Assembly: GCA_963693365.1 (NCBI GenBank)
Contig: CAVNZM010000001.1
Coordinates: 15,679,340 to 15,743,339 of the forward strand
From: Amoebidium appalachense
Lineage: Eukaryota; Protista; Ichthyosporea
Length of the DNA stretch: 64,000 nt
Reading direction: 5' to 3'
Shown here: piece by piece, positions 63,439-64,000 of the stretch
Layout of the letters: each line of letters begins with the position of its first letter
Position numbering within the stretch: the first letter of the stretch is position 1
Notes under the pieces: model-generated
Databases searched by the model: none
What the model was told of the DNA's origin: nothing
Seen by the model: only the letters and a program-made list of their open reading frames with translations
Program-made: the position numbers and the translations under genes

Positions 63439-64000
63439 AATAAAATAATCATTCAAGATAAGAGTACTATCAAGATAAGAGTACTATTCAATATTAGGAA
63501 AGAGAAAGTATGAAAATAAATATATAAATAAACTGTGAGGTCAGGTAGCTCCTAGAGATAGGCTGGGCAACCGTTATCATTATTTAGAATTGGTTCTAAA
63601 TTCTTATTTAAAATTTGTTTGCTATTATCGTGGTAACTGTGTATTATTATTAATTAAGATTCGTCTCTCCTAGTTGAGAGGCTACTTCTTACTTAAGCTA
63701 TTATTTTATGAGTTTAGTAAGAGATGATACAGTAGTGCTATAGTACTATTGCTGGTGTAAGTATTCTAAAAATAAGAGTACTTTAAATTTATCTCATTAG
63801 TATTAATGAGGAGACATTGATCTAGTGTATATAAAAAGTAATACAACTTTCTTTAAGTAGAAATAGACGTTATAAGAGATACTAGAATCAAAGGGTATTT
63901 TTTATAAATTTATAGGCTATAGGATATAAGATTTTATAAAAGGAAAATGATAAAGTTTGCTTTGTGATTCTGATCATGTCTCGAGGCTCAGCCCCCCCCC

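Overview
Eukaryotic genomic DNA with spliceosomal introns. The gene content fits a unicellular opisthokont-like organism, but the taxon cannot be fixed from the sequence. Introns and intergenic DNA are saturated with poly-C/poly-G runs and (CA)n/(GT)n/(CT)n microsatellites, so nearly all ORF-track entries are low-complexity artefacts. Splicing by hand gives six multi-exon genes: two convergent paralogous family-C (7tm_3)-type GPCRs whose ectodomain resembles a bacterial ABC-type sugar solute-binding protein (8977-16147 +, 18597-25109 -), a neutral sphingomyelinase-like EEP hydrolase (25801-34780 +) with a 5'-truncated LINE RT in its last intron, MED9 (37088-40158 -), a class I cyclic-nucleotide phosphodiesterase (41697-48665 +) and a 7x CCCH zinc-finger protein (57667-61289 +). 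There are also two small unknown ORFs. The most notable observations are the SBP-7TM receptor pair (C-terminal zipper, patchy exon homogenisation), a C-run-associated structured repeat found only sense-oriented in introns, 3' splice sites preceded by (CA)n or poly-C instead of U-rich tracts, and an AT-rich insert with two decayed tRNAs.
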